DNA of 59,087 nucleotides, counting the filler, from Sphacelaria rigidula (taxonomy: Eukaryota), in assembly GCA_964200075.2 (NCBI GenBank). It is 7 parts of 7 records of this genome, joined end to end, with 100 filler letters (N's around TTAATTAATTAA, not from the genome) between each part and the next. Parts side by side here need not be neighbours in the genome. Positions count along the whole stretch, not along the records: positions 8,457 to 16,812 come from CAXNAA020011408.1; positions 16,913 to 25,267 come from CAXNAA020011409.1; positions 25,368 to 33,722 come from CAXNAA020011410.1; 4 more parts are not named here. One strand, written 5' to 3'. A program made the translations under genes and the position numbers. The notes beneath the pieces were generated by a model. The model was not told where the DNA came from. It was given only the letters and a program-made list of their open reading frames with translations, and made no database searches. Positions 12,901 through 26,479 of the stretch are shown one piece after another (the first letter of the stretch is position 1; each line of letters opens with the position of its first letter).

Positions 12901-13190
12901 ATACATACGACGGTATCACTCAATTGGAGCGTTTATCTCTGAGCAAACTACACCTATGTGACTTCGTTCTGCACGTAGCCCACACCAAGCTACATCTCAA
13001 CGAACAAGCACACGCCAGGACAGAGAATAAGGCACACTTGCCATCAACTCTGTCGAATACTATCAACACTCGAATACAATTCTTGATAGTAGAGAAATTC
13101 GGAAAATGTTTCTTTTCATCATAGAGTCAGAGTGCAGATTGGAAGCTTCGCAACTTCATAGTGGACGTCAAAACGTTCATAGCGGAAGCT
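9917..13190 (+). mobile_element. Decayed Ty1/copia LTR retrotransposon (gag-PR-INT; RT largely deleted)
   Basis: Gag KAWDGLIAKYQNSSQQRRRILMRQL; degenerate Zn knuckle (KSGHLMRVCR) and WCSFHKT; protease MVVDSASNH; GAG-pre-integrase WHTRVSHPS...CDTC; integrase VQRLRADRGGGY and PYTPQQSGMSQR. Many stops and frameshifts; LTRs not resolved. Confidence 0.9.
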
Positions 13191-14620
13191 GATGTGACGT
13201 GGCTTGACGTGATTTCGTTCTGTCGCAGTGATTAGCCGCAGGTTGCCCCGCCAAATGTACGATCGATCTTCGCCCACTTCGGAAGTGCGTAGGCCAGCAC
13301 AACACTGACTGTACCGTACACTGCAGCACCATACGCACCACACCCTGTACGCTTTTTCAATGCACCTGCAGTATTTCAATCCACTACGGCGCACTACAGG
13401 ACACTGTAGTGCTGTACTGCTGTAGTTCTGAGCGGCGTGGAGTACAGTACAGTACAGTACAGAGATTTCAATACAGAACCCTACAACAGTGCGTTGCGAC
13501 GCTGTGAACTATTGTACTGTACAGCGATACCGTACAGAGAGTCAGTTATACAGACAACAAAAGTACAGACAGTACGGTACGCAGCACTTTCAAGCAGCAG
13601 ACCTCGGCCGCATCGGGATGATTTCTCCACATGCTACCCATAACGGTGGTGCAAGACGTCATGATCTTTGACAGGGTGGGAATACAGCCAAGGGTAGTAC
13701 TACTTGTGCGCTGTATACTACGAACTGTTTCCACCGTCTTCTTCCAGCTGAGGCTGGCAAGAGTGAGGAGCTGCACCCAAGTCAACGTAAACCCGTCGAG
13801 CATTTGAATATTCACACAAGACAATCAAGCGAATGCTGATACCACGGCGGCGTCAGGGAGGTCGTCTGATTGCGATGCCAAGCCTTTCTACTTCGTGAAT
13901 GACCCACTGTGATGATTATTGCAGTTTCGATGAATGATGAATGTCCCACTCTGCTGGTTAGGGTGTATTGACTTTGGATTGGACGTGACCATGGCGGTGA
14001 AGGTGGGGGTGGTTCTTTTTCATTCCCCTATGAGCTCTGAACAGGAACAACGCTTTTCAGAGTGAAGTGGTGCAAACGGCACTCTGACTCTGAAAAAATC
14101 GCCCTGAGGAAACCTTTATAGCGAAAAGTGCACTGTTACCGGCTACTTTTCCTTCCACTCTGACTCGAAGATTGGAAAAAACGTTTTCCGAAACTCTCGA
14201 GTATTACCCGACATATAATCTTCTTTTTTTTGCTTCCCTTCCTCCTGGCCTGCTACCTGCGGGGGTAGGCCGAGGACCGCTAGTGATCTTAAACCACACA
14301 CAAAGACCACCAAACCAACAAAGGCGGAGCGGGGAAAGGTAAGGGACACGAGCCCGAGCATCGTGTCGACGTGGACTCTGAGTTTGGGGCGACAGGAGAT
14401 ACAGGGATCGTGAGACACAGTGTAACTCATATCGCACTAAATTTTCCAGATACCACCCCCTTCCCCCGACTGCCCATACTGGGGTGGGCAGAAGTCCACC
14501 TGTGATCTTAGACCACCATCCAAAAATCATTCAACGACGGTGGAGACACGAGTCCGAACCTCGTATCGACGGGGGGACTAACGTTAGGAAGATAAGAGGC
14601 ACCACGATTACACTAGTGGC

Positions 14621-16812
14621 GTGTGTTTCGTTTCGGAACAACTTAGCGGCGGCATGCAGCTAAACGCTAAAGCACCGGTCTGGACACCGGGGCTATGCAG
14701 CAGCGGAGAGCGCAGTGGGAACAGTCTAGACAGGAATGGAGGGGCTGCACATCGCGTGGGTACGCACACCAGGAGCGAGGAAGAAGTAGAGTCGGACAGA
14801 GGAGGAGAGTTGCACCTGCTTGTGAAAAAAGACAAGCACCGGGCTAGCAATAGCCAGAGAGTCCAAAACGCGATAAAAATCAAGCAAATAAACAAGAGCA
14901 GGAAAAAGAGGAGGAAGGACCGAGCGAGGCGGAGGCGTGCTAGGAAAGCAGCACGAATAGCCCGGGCAAGATAGCGGAGTCGACTTGTTAAGGTAGCCAC
15001 TTACAATGTCAGAACTCTAGCTGTGAAAGGGGCCAATGGATGGGGGCGAGACTACAGCGTCTTGTACGAGGCCGCGAGGCTTAACATCTCGGTGGTAGGA
15101 CTACAGGAGACACAAAGGGCGGGGCGAACAGACTGTACAGCAGGAGGGTTCAGAGTCTTCTGCTGTGGGAGCGAGTCAGGTGGGCAACACGGTGTGGGTA
15201 TAGCCGTGAAAGAGTCGATTCGAAATAACGCCACCTATACCATTGAGTACGTTGACGAGCGCCGCATGGCGATGCGGTTTGAAATATCGGGACAGAGCAG
15301 AGCGATCAATTTCGTAGCTGCGTATGCACCAACTGAAGTCGCCAAGAACGAAACGAAACAAGCATTCTGAGATGGGCTTGACGATCTGGTACAGCGAATC
15401 CCGTCGAAGGAATGTGTGTATATTTTGATGGATGCCAACGCGCGGACGGGGGACAAAGTAGGAGTGGTCTTGGAGGACGACGGGGTCCTAGGTGCCTATG
15501 GACGTGATGAGCTGATTGATGACGGCAAACGTCTGCTAACTTTCGCAACCGAGAACAAACTAGCTATCACGAACACCTTCTTAAGCACGCACAACGGCGG
15601 AATGTCGCACACATACAACGGTATGGTGGGGAATCGCACGAGCGACTTCAAGCGCATAGACTACATTGTTACCCGGTAGGCACACCGAGGTAGAGTGCGC
15701 AACGTAGTCCTACACTCCCAACCCGCACCCCCGACTGAAGCGGACTCAGACCACAACATGGTGCTGGCCACTGTCGACCTCGGTGGCCGCATTGCCCACA
15801 ATCGCCAAGTACGCACCAAGTCGAAGCAGCGGCAATTCAGTCGACAGCAGCTGCAGACCGAAATGGCAAGGTGGCACGTGACCGCAAGGTTCCTACATAA
15901 TCTCGCCGAGCAAGAATACCAACCGACCACCACCGCACCGGCAGCCGCGAAGGTGTTTACCGAAGCTATCCTTGAAGCAGCGCAGATAGTTCTCCCGGAA
16001 GAGGCACGGATACCACGTATGCCGGAATGGTGTGAAAACCCCGGCACGAGAGCAACAGTGGAAGCAGCAATCGCCAAACGACGGGAGGCACGCCAACTGA
16101 TGAAGCATCACCGAACCCCAGCATCGTGGAAAGCACTCAGAGCCGCGTGTAAGAACGTGCGTACAGCAATCGATGACGGCATCTATGCACATCTGGAAAG
16201 GTATGTGGCAAGGCTAGAAATTATCTACAAGGATCGCGACATGAGAGGCCTGTACAAACACCTCAAGAGATCGGTGGGTCTTGGTGGAAGACAATCCGGG
16301 GGGCAGCAGTTCATAAGGGACGAGAACGGCGTCCTACTGAGGAACAAAAGTGCCACCCTTAAACGGTGGGCGAGATTTTTCCTCACCCTGCTCAACGCCA
16401 AATCGCCCACGCTGAACCCAGCAATCATCGAGGAGGTGAAGCAGCGACCGGCAGCGTCAACCACCGGGGATTCAGTACCGCTCAGGGCAGCACCAACACT
16501 GGAGGAAACTAGACGAGCAGCCCGGGCAATGCACAACTGGAAAGCGCCAGGACACGACTCCCTCCCTGTGGAACTACTCAAGATCGACGGCCGCGACGAG
16601 CCCATCGTCCTCGAACGCTTCCATACCATTCTCGTCGAGGTGTGGGACGGAGGGGAAGTTCTGCAGGAGTGGAAAGATGCAACCATCAAGGTGCTGTGCA
16701 AGAAATCGGACCGGTCCAACTGCAATACCTACAGGGGGATCTCTCTGGTATCGCACGCAGGGAAAGTGCTCATGAAGATAGTGGCTAACCGCCTCAGCGA
16801 CTACTGCGAAAC
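14621..16812 (+). mobile_element. RTE-clade LINE, APE endonuclease plus N-terminal RT, truncated by the linker
   Basis: One frame broken by three stops (14972, 15368, 15677). APE motifs VATYNVRTL, GLQET, GQHGVGIAV, AYAPT, MDANAR, RIDYI, DSDH; RT motifs [40 protein letters not shown]. Confidence 0.93.
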
Positions 16813-16924
16813 NNNNNNNNNNNNNNNNNNNNNNNNNNNNNNNNNNNNNNNNNNNNTTAATTAATTAANNNNNNNNNNNNNNNNNNNNNNNNNNNNNNNN
16901 NNNNNNNNNNNNAACACAAGGTCT

Positions 16925-17310
16925 TACTCACATCGGGATGTCCCGTACATCACTTTTCCACTCCGTGTACGATTCACCATGGGTCTCTACTCCACGAATG
17001 ATTTCGAGTAGATCTTCGCTGCCGAAAGCTTGGTCAACGATTCCCTCACACTTTGTACTGGCTTCTATCCTTCAAGATCTCAAGAACTCCACGCACCGCT
17101 TGGGGCTCGTTCTGGCAGATCGTGTAGTCAGTCATCGGTAAGGTATTTGTTTCATGAGTGCAGTAGGTCTTGACATTAATGTCATGCATTTTCCACTCCT
17201 TCCCTTCATTAGGCGCCTTTTGCACCAAATGCCGGAATTTTCAGGAAAATGTCTGACCAGATTTTCACCGCCCACGGGGAACCGGTAAAGTTTTACAAGT
17301 ACCTCAGCAC
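16925..17310 (+). mobile_element. Possible highly decayed non-LTR RT fragment
   Basis: Remnants resembling RT motifs in the expected order (GCP, GLDINV, PVKFYKYL) but heavily frameshifted. Confidence 0.35.
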
Positions 17311-18534
17311 GAGACCCCAACCTCCATGTGGATTTAATATAGCGGGGGTAATGACCCTACCCTGTCTGCTCTTGATGTGTATCTTGTATTCTCGATTTGC
17401 ATGTAAGGTGGTCGACCTTCACGCTATTACTTCTTACATGTCTAGGTTCTGATCTTATTCTTGTCTTCCTTCTGTTATGATATGGATTGAAGAATCTCGG
17501 TCATTTCCCGTCTTGATATGAGAAAGGATACTTGCTTTTTGCCGCTATTTTACGGCTATATCAGTGCTGTGTTATGGTAGGTTGGGGAAAAGGAAAGCCA
17601 GCTTCTCTATTTAATGTCTTTGTCCGGGCTGTGCTATGGCAGGTTGAAGAAAAATGATGGTCAGCTCCTCTATTTCATGCCCATGCCTGGGCTGTGTTAT
17701 GGTGGTGGAAAAAAAGGGAAAGTAAGAAAAAAAAAGACGAAAAAGAAGGGGGGAAACCACAGAGAATGAGAAAAATGAAGGAGTTTCAAAGGAAAAAATG
17801 CCCAGCTGTGTTAAATCATGTCTATATCCATATTTTGTGTTTCTGGGGGGAAACCAAATTTTTCACTCTGGTTTTCGCATTTATATTGTGTCTGTCGGTC
17901 CGGCACTTTCCTTAGTCTAGTGACGTCTATGATATGGGTACGGTGACAATCTGTAGATTTCATGTCTAGGTTCTGGTGGGTTGTTTAACAGTGCCGTCAC
18001 CACTCGACGCCAACTTGAGACTCTAGAGGTGAGGAGGAGGGCAGCGGTGGGTGTGGTTTTTGAGTGGAAACGAGTGCGGGTTCCTTCACCAACCGGAAAC
18101 CCTCCAAACCCAACCACGCGTGTTGCCAGGAAAATGTGATCATGGTGCAGAAAACTACTAGATGCCGAAGTCAGATAACTCGTCACCCGTAGACAGCTGG
18201 GGAAAGATTTTTACAGTATATATTACTCCGTTCCCCGTCCTCCAACCAAGGCAATGACCGGTCCTGTCGGTACGGCGTGGGGAGGGTATTTTTGGCGGGT
18301 GTAGGGCCGGAATCACCTCCAAGGAGTGATTCCTTCTCACTACTATGCTTGGCCAAGGCTGTGGTGTGATAGTAGGGTTGGGTCAGTGCGGTGTTCATCA
18401 GGCACACCCACCCCTGTTGTAGTGCAGCGGTATAATATGCCACATCCTGAGCGCGGGCATATCCTGCGTTACAAGCAGTATAATGTGTCAACACCGTAAC
18501 CGCGGGCTTTTGGGGATCGAGCTAATGTGACAAA

Positions 18535-18611
18535 CATGATGATGATGATAATGATAATAATTATATTTATAATCATAATAGTAATGCTAGTAATAATAGT
18601 AATAACAATAC
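18535..18611 (+). repeat. (GAT)n/(AAT)n microsatellite
   Basis: GATGATGATGATAATGATAATAAT...AATAATAGTAATAACAAT. Confidence 0.85.
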
Positions 18612-20449
18612 ATATCTGTTGAATGAGGAACCTAGCGTGTAATTACCTGCAGACAACTACTGGGTAAGAATACTACACAACTAACCGCTGGTGGATAACT
18701 GTTGGATGAGAAAGCTGTGCAACGAATCGTCTGAGGACAACCACTCGATAAAGAGGTGGATAAGTAGTTGCCTGTAATAACTACCAAATTATGAACTCGT
18801 GCGACTAGTCACCTGTGGATAGCTCCCGATCCAAGATTGCGCGCGACTCGTTGACGTAGACAATTTTTCACTCGAGAAGCTTGCGTGACCAACCGTGTGG
18901 AAACTACTATTGCTAAAAGCCTACCCAACTGAACAAATGGCCAACTGAACAGTCATTATTCGTACGGGGTGTGGAGGCGTGCAGAAAAACGTGATACGTG
19001 GTGTAGTCACTATTTGATGCTTGCTACTTATTTCCCTCTTGGGTACTTCTGTGCTACGTGAGCCCATCTTCACGGGCCGAGTTCTGTCTCCGGTCTTTGA
19101 GCCAGATGTAGACCCAGTTCTAAGCTTCGTTTTCGCGTCATTTGGAGTAGTATCAGCATTTTATGTGCATGTATCATTCCACATTTTTCACCGCTTTTGC
19201 CGAGTATTCTCCGGCGGCAAGTCATTTTTTCCCGCGCTTTTTTTTGCAACGCACTGAGAAGACTCAGCGGTACATCGCTGTTCAGGTTTGGGTGTTATCA
19301 GATACCTGTGGCGCGTATTCTGGCCATCGGAAGTCGTTCAAACTGGTCCTTTTTTGCGGGGTGTCGATCCCGAACCACAAAAGCCTTTAGAGATTCATGG
19401 AAAACTTGAGACAAGAACCCGAACCACAAAAGGCCTGTTGAATATTTTTAAACAGGATTACTTTCCGCTGGTTATATTTCCCCCCTGTGTCTCTCTTTGT
19501 CGCGTTCTCGTTCATTTGGGAGCACGAACACACCAGTTATACCACCAATGTCACGAGAACATGAGAGCAGAACAGTTGAAAACAATTGAACACTGCCTTG
19601 GCCTTAGTCAGAAGCAAACACAAAGCCGTGCGAAGGGCCATCGGCGAGTTGAACAAGACACAGCGGGCGGCAGCATAGGAGTGTTTTGCCGCAAAAACAG
19701 TCACCCTGTCTTGAAAAAAGGCCCGGTGATGTGGAAGCCGCAACAGTGATGTACAAGGAACATGCCGAAAATGTTCCACGCATTCCAAATTTTCGGGAGG
19801 GCCTCCCGCTGTCATGTCTTTGTTGCACGAGAGCTTTTTCGCACTCTGGCACCTCGGGAATACCACACATGCATGTCCTACACCGGCGATTCCGCCGTCG
19901 GCCTCCGTCCGAATTCCCACATTTTCTGAACGACATCCGATCACACATGCGATGTTGACCACAAACACGATCACTACACTGTACATTGAGACACAACAGC
20001 CTCTCTTCACCATATATTGTCGACTTGCGTCACCCCCGGGAGGCCCGTATCAACCTCCCGAAGGGGAACCTTGTATACCATATAATGTTTCTGGGTGACG
20101 TCGCCTGGCACTATCTTTGCGCACCGTAGGTGCATATAAGGCTTTCAACACAACACTTTTTTGCCACGGCTGTCCTACCTTGTGGTAGCACGTCAACGGT
20201 GACACGAGTGTGCACTCGGGGCCCCCATGCTCCGTTTCCCGGGAATGGCAAGTGCGTCCAGATCTACCCTTTTCCGAGTGTCTACTCATGAGGGTTCTCT
20301 GAGTGCACCTGCCACGTAGATATCAAAATCTGAGGCCTGGAACGTTTTCGCAAGGGAACCAACCTCCCTGAATGTCTCATCTGAGTTTTGCTCAGTCCTC
20401 GCTTCCCCCCCCCCGATCCTCTCCCCCCATGCGTTGCCAAAATACACAG

Positions 20450-21909
20450 GTATGAGGTCAATGTCGAGCCCGACAGTGCAATCCCGGACGATATCTACCA
20501 AGCTACCATCGACGTGCCTGCTGGGGAGTGGGGGACGGTTGTTTTGCCGTTGGATCAGTTGACGCTCACGGGGAGGGGACAAATTCGCGTGTTCCAGCGT
20601 GCGCTCGAGAGGGCATCGCTGCACTCGGTCGGAATTTCGATATCGGATGGTGTTGCGGGGCCTTTTCACATAGATATCGCGTGGATATCCGCGGTACACA
20701 AGGTGATCTCATCAAGTGTTTGTACTGCACGTGAAAAAATGTTTCCTCGCACGCACACACAAGCACTGTCTATTTATCTGGTGTAATTGTTCTGACATCT
20801 GTGGCGTTACATCTCATTTTTATCATTTTCGACACCCACAAGAGCAAACGTCGGGCTGCTCACCCAGAATTAACAGTGCGAAAGAGAAGTACAGGATAAA
20901 CGATACCTGTAGGATGAGATTTTGAAAATCTGGAATCGCCATATCTTACGCAAAACGAAACGAAGTTCACCAATATTATTTCGGTACACTTGTGGTACCA
21001 ACTACGAGCGCGTCACAGAAAATTGAGGATTTTCACGGAATATTGAGTCCTATAACAAAAAGCAGTCGTTGGGCATTTCCACCCTCACGCGTTTGCACGG
21101 AAATGTCGAAAATACGGTTTTGGCTCTAGGACCCTGAGAATTATGCAAACCTACTCATATTTTTTTGTGACGTGCTCTTAGTTTGTACCACAAACGTACC
21201 AAAGGAAAGTTGGTGGATGTCGTTTTGTTTTGCGAGAGATATGGCGATTCCTAATTTTCAGAGACTCATTCTACAGATATCGGTCATCCTACACTTCTAT
21301 TTCACACTGCTAATTGTCAGTCACTTCAGACTGTTACACTTGGACGGTCATCCAAAGCCTGCGAAGGGTAGGAACAGAGTTCCCATGTAATTATCTAGCA
21401 GTGGCTGTTCGGGTTAAATTTTTCGCCACGCCATGGAGGAGTTCGTGTGGCGACTGTTATTATAGAGCCAAGCCTTGAATCTGATGACCTTGGTAAATTG
21501 AATTTTTGCACTTGCTTCTTATGGTGAGTGCATCATCTCGTTTCCTTTTTCGGTGTTCTGTGATGTCTGCCGCACGTCCCCGCGGGTGCTTAGTGCCGTA
21601 TCTCCCTACCCCAACCCCTCCTTTTCTTTTAGAAACTTCTCCGTCACCGGCAATCGCACCGGCAATCGCACACTTAACCACTCACGAATGTCGTATCGGA
21701 GATGTCAGCTCTGTGATGCAAATGATACTAGATGCTCAGCTGGCATCTTGCTCGCCATGATGAAGCTGAAAAACAAATCTCGCCGTGGGCACGTTTTTTT
21801 GCTGCCGATATCTTTCTGGTCTCAGGTTGACGACGATGGAGTTGACGACAGTGGGTCATCTGCGCGGAAAATGCCTCCTAGACCAACGAACGGTGTTCTC
21901 GAGTGGTAG
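20450..21909 (+). CDS. NDUFAF1: Complex I intermediate-associated protein 30 (CIA30/NDUFAF1-like), last two exons
   Basis: Exon 20450-20702 (cacag|G...AAG|gtgatc) encodes YEVNVEPDSAIPDDIYQATIDVPAGEWGTVVLPLDQLTLTGRGQ...LHSVGISISDGVAGPFHIDIAWISA, the C-terminal half of a CIA30 domain. Phase-compatible terminal exon 21826-21909 (ctcag|GTT...TGG TAG). Upstream exons not located. Confidence 0.85.
20873..21310. mobile_element. Long-TIR foldback MITE in the NDUFAF1 intron
   Basis: ~190-bp imperfect inverted arms (CAGTGCGAAAGAGAAGT...GGAATCGCCATATCT vs AGATATGGCGATTCC...ACTTCTATTTCACACTG), TA on both sides. Confidence 0.85.
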
Positions 21910-22199
21910 CTTGGACCGGAGCGTGTGTGTGCGCACGCGCGCTCATCTATGCAAATTTGTGATATCAAATTATGTCGATGCGTACTTCGTAATCCCTGAA
22001 TTTGTTCGACACCGCGTATGTTGCGATTAATAGGAATGGTAAGGATGCATGTTCATTGAGATCCCCGTGCATGTTTTTTGCGTCGTTTAACCAATATCCG
22101 AAATCGTCGGTCGCTGTCGCGCATTATGGATCCGAGAGCGGCACAGAGAGAATACGACAGAGAATGGGGGGAGTACTCATTTTTTGCCAGAGTCATTTG

Positions 22200-23560
22200 A
22201 CCGTTGACCACGCATCCCTCTGGAGACGGAGCGGTGCCCGTGTTTACTGAGGCACTTGGTCACCATATCGGGAAGTTGGTCTTCGATGTTGATGGAAGGA
22301 ATGCTGTTTATTCTCTGCTCGGCCAGTTCCTGGGTGGAGAAGTACCGTAAAGCTACGCGTTTGATCCTACAGCTGTAGGTCGATTGGCCAGCGATGTGAA
22401 GGCTTGAGGTGTTGTGGATGTAGACGGGAACGGAGTCGCAGCGCGTACCAAACCCCAGCTTGCACAATCTGTTGGAGCAAAAAGAATTCCTTCGTGGTGA
22501 GCACTGCAGCCACTAGCTCTCCTTCCATGGTCGATTGCGCGTCATTCCTTGCTGTTCTACCTCGGAGCTGATCGAGCTACTTGAGAGAAAAACAAGGCAC
22601 GGTGGGGTCGATTGCCCTTGTCTGAGATATTATCTCACTTTGCGTCGGAGGACGCTGTCAAGTTAAAGTCACTCTTATCGTAGTGACGAAGTGGTTTGTC
22701 GTCCTCGCCAAGTACCGGAGTAGGTTTTTGGTCGCTACCATGTGTGCCCTCGATATCGCCTGAGTGAGTTGACTGACGGCGTATCCTTATGTCATGGCGA
22801 TTTCAAGCTGGCGTGGCTGGGAAAGCGTGTTCTCGTCAGCGATCGGTGCAAGATGCACGGGAGTAAGCTTGTTGTTATTGCTGTTGGCGCTGTGTCCTCT
22901 GAAGGGGCACGCTGCAATGCCTGCACGTTTCACCGAAGGTGTCACTCGGTGGCGCGAATGTCGAGAACGGTGGAGCAACAGTGATTCGGCTGGTGGCCTC
23001 CCCACGGGTTCGCCAATTCCGTCCTAGTGAGTGTCACGGGCTGCTCCGGCGGTTCTTCCCGTCGCTCTCTGGAAGCTGGTGTTTTGAAAGCTGTGGTTCT
23101 CCCGGCGGCGGAAGGCGCGACGGCGTCTCGATGAAGACGACGCTCCTGCTCTCCATGACACGTCGTGTGGCCGGGTGGTAAGCACCAGCTCTTCCTGTCG
23201 TTTTTGTACCCTACCAATCGCCCTTCAAATGTGTCGAGACCGTTTTTTTGAGTGCACCTCTCGACAAGTACAAAAGCCCTCGCTCCGATAACGCGAGAGT
23301 ACTGTCGATCTGATTCGGTCTCCTTCAGCATTTTGTGCGGAGATTGCATGCCCTGCGCGGAATGTGGTGCTTTGCAGGAAACGCTGCTGTGAGCATCAGT
23401 CCCCAGAAAACCGTTGGCAAATCGCTGTTGGGAAGCATGCACTGGACCATGGCTGCGAGTGCCCTCCCGACGCACTGGTCAGGCTGATATATGCCGTGGC
23501 GTACTCGTGCTGGCATGCTCAAGTAATTCTCGTGTCTTTCGGCAGTTGCCATTCAAGTCG
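22200..23560 (-). mobile_element. Decayed Ty1/copia remnant (integrase C-terminus and RNase H)
   Basis: Minus strand: CMLPNSDLPTVFWG, VIGARAFVLVER, FEGRLVGY, ESRSVVFIETP; RNase H end VPVYIHNTSSLHIAG...RIKRVALRYF...EDQLPDMVTKCL. Confidence 0.88.
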
Positions 23561-23684
23561 TTGCCAATCAACTTCCCACCTGTATCAACCCTCAGTCGCG
23601 CGGCCCAACCGCCATGACTGGCCACCGACAGGCGCTCATCAGCGAACGCCGCACATCGATGCCTTGCAACCTAACGGGTAACTC

Positions 23685-23790
23685 AAATGCTGCTACGTTT
23701 GTAGTTGCATATGCCCCTACACTTCACAATCAAAAGAAAAAATGCATGTGTTCTGGACTGAGTTAGACGGCATTATGAACCGTATCCCCC
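23685..23790 (+). mobile_element. Short RTE endonuclease fragment
   Basis: ATFVVAYAPT...FWTELDGIMNRIP parallels INFVAAYAPT...F*DGLDDLVQRIP at 15305-15405. Confidence 0.65.
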
Positions 23791-24332
23791 ATTCAAATCG
23801 GTTGTTGTCTCAAGCTATTCTAGATTCGGCATTCGATTTCTGTGACAGAAAACACTTTTGTTTTTTCGGAATATTTTTTAAAAAACAGGCGGAACTTTTC
23901 AAAAAAATAAGCAGAACGTTTAAAAAAACTGCTCGAAACATGACCCCATTATATGGAGTACAGGGTACTACACTGAACACAAGACAATTCTGCAGTGGTG
24001 AATGGAGTACAGAGTACTACACTGAGCACAAGACAACACAGCAGTTCTGCAGTGTTTTTTAGTATTTGAACCTGAAGACGGACTGTATACAGTATGCATT
24101 AGCTCTTCTTATTGCAAAATTTATAGTGTCCAGCTGTTGCTGCTGTACTACGCTGTTTTTGCTAAACCTAATCATGGAATGGTGAGCACCTCCGTCGGCG
24201 AGATACGATGTGCATCGCCCGTGTAAGGCTTGATTCGTGGCGCAGAGCAAGTACATCATGTCGCACGGCAATGAACTAGCCATCCATTGTACAGTCATCA
24301 GACATTTCACATGGCGAGAACAGGAGGTAGGG

Positions 24333-24521
24333 CCGAAGAAGTAACCGCTTATAATTCGATCGTTGTCGAAACGACCAACGACACTATCAGTCTCCGAGCG
24401 TCGAAGTAACCGATAATGATCTGTTTTCGAAAAGACGAAGACACTGTCAGTCTCCGAGCGCCGAAGAAGTAAACGCTGATAATTCGTTGTCGGAAAGACC
24501 AACGACACTGTCAGTCTCCGA
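24333..24521 (+). repeat. Minisatellite, three ~60-65 bp units
   Basis: GAAGTAA(C/A)CG...GACACT(A/G)TCAGTCTCCGA repeated three times. Confidence 0.85.
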
Positions 24522-26479
24522 TTATTCATCGCCATCAACGATGTGATAATTATCATGAACGACAATTCGATTGATCCTTGTCGCCAAATGCTGTGAAGCT
24601 GGTGCGACGTAGCCGACCCAACCGCCCCTCGTGAAACCTACGGAGTCTCCAGACGGCACGTTTCTACTCCGTTGGGTGCAAGTGGACGCGTGTTCGGGGA
24701 GTATTGCATCGTTTCCCCGAACACATCTGATCCAGTTCGACAAATAGGGGCACTTGTCAAACGACTGTCCGAGGCATGCCACGGTAGGATTTGGTTACCC
24801 GTTACGGCCTAAATATTTTTCACTGAGGGAAAGGCGATCATCAAGTTAAGAGCTACACAGGAATATATGGGTGAGGACATTCCCGTTTAAATTTCCTGTC
24901 GATATATCCCTAGCTGATTAGAATGCTACCCGTGGCATGCTCATATATTTCATACACATGTGGTGTTTTGGGTCATCAGAAGAAGGGCACCTTACAATTA
25001 CTCAAACCCGAGAAATATTTTGTGCAACGCTAGCATGGCATGACTCATCCGAGAAAGGGCGTTCGTTGAGAGAGGTTTTGTTTCTCGGACATTTTTCCTC
25101 TGAGGAGACGTCCCACAATGAGCGGTGTTCGAGAAATATCTTCAAAAACACCCAGTAAGTTCAAAAACAACCAATAACAACGAGTCATCCTACGATAGGG
25201 GGGGGGGTATTTGGTTGCCCGACAAAAGAGGCTCATAACTGTGTCAGACATCCTTCCAGACTTTCGTNNNNNNNNNNNNNNNNNNNNNNNNNNNNNNNNN
25301 NNNNNNNNNNNTTAATTAATTAANNNNNNNNNNNNNNNNNNNNNNNNNNNNNNNNNNNNNNNNNNNNCCCCCCCTTCAAAGAGGGAGACTTTTTGGTTTG
25401 CCTTTTTTTTTGTTTTCTTTTTTCCCCCCCCCCCCCCCCCCCCCCCATGAATAGTACACGGCAAGGTCAGGAGGCATAGCTCTGATAAACGCCAACTCTT
25501 ACATCATATTCATCGCTACCCCCTCGAAGAACATCGACTTAACTCTATCCGCCACAGCGCACGGGGATACTCAACAGCTGGCATGGCAGATACGTGTACC
25601 TTATAAACTCTGGTCATTTTCTATTCTGCACTCCATCCGCGATCGCGCTCTAGATACGAGTACGACGTATCATTACATACCTCCACTTTATCCCAGAGTA
25701 GGATATGCTAGCAGCTATTGTTCAAGGCCGAGGTTGTGCTCTTAGCGTTCAAGAATGGTGTGATTTTTGTCGCTCGTAGTCTCGTCTCTACGCTAACCGT
25801 TAGGTTTGCGGCAGCGCTGACTGACCCTGGTGCATTGTAGACGTCCCTTGGCTACGATTATACAAGTTGAGCTCTGTGTTGGATGGAGCGAGGGTGCTAC
25901 TGTAATCCTACTACTGGTGCAACAATCTGGCACAATCAAAGCGCGTCGTTCTCTCACCAACAGCTCATTCTCGATTGATCGCGAGTGGCGCAACGACTTG
26001 TCTGCAGCAGCGCACACGTCGCAGCGACGACGCTGCATTTGGTACCATGACTGCATGCGCTAGGATCGCTTTCTTGTTGTGGCTATGACTTGGATCTTCA
26101 CGTCTTCGCGTCTCACGGCGATTAATGGGAACGTGCAGGTCGTTGACTTTCATTGGAACACCGACACATGAGGTCACCTGCTATCATACTCAGCTGCAGC
26201 GGGATGCCCCGCAGTCCGTACATGGTCTGTATTTTAGCTCCAACTGCCGTACTTCTCTACCGCACAACTCTACCTCGCTCTGATCCATGCACACACCTAG
26301 TTATTGCCACTATCCTCGGTACAACGAGGGGTTCCGGCTTCCTAGTGGTCGCTGCAATTGGATCGGCAACACTTGATTGATCGGTGCAGTGAGAAATATG
26401 CCCCTATTTAGTTCGGTCGCCGTGGGTCAGAGAAATCGGGCTCGTGTGATCCCCGAGAAATGAAAGTTTGACTGAGTTG

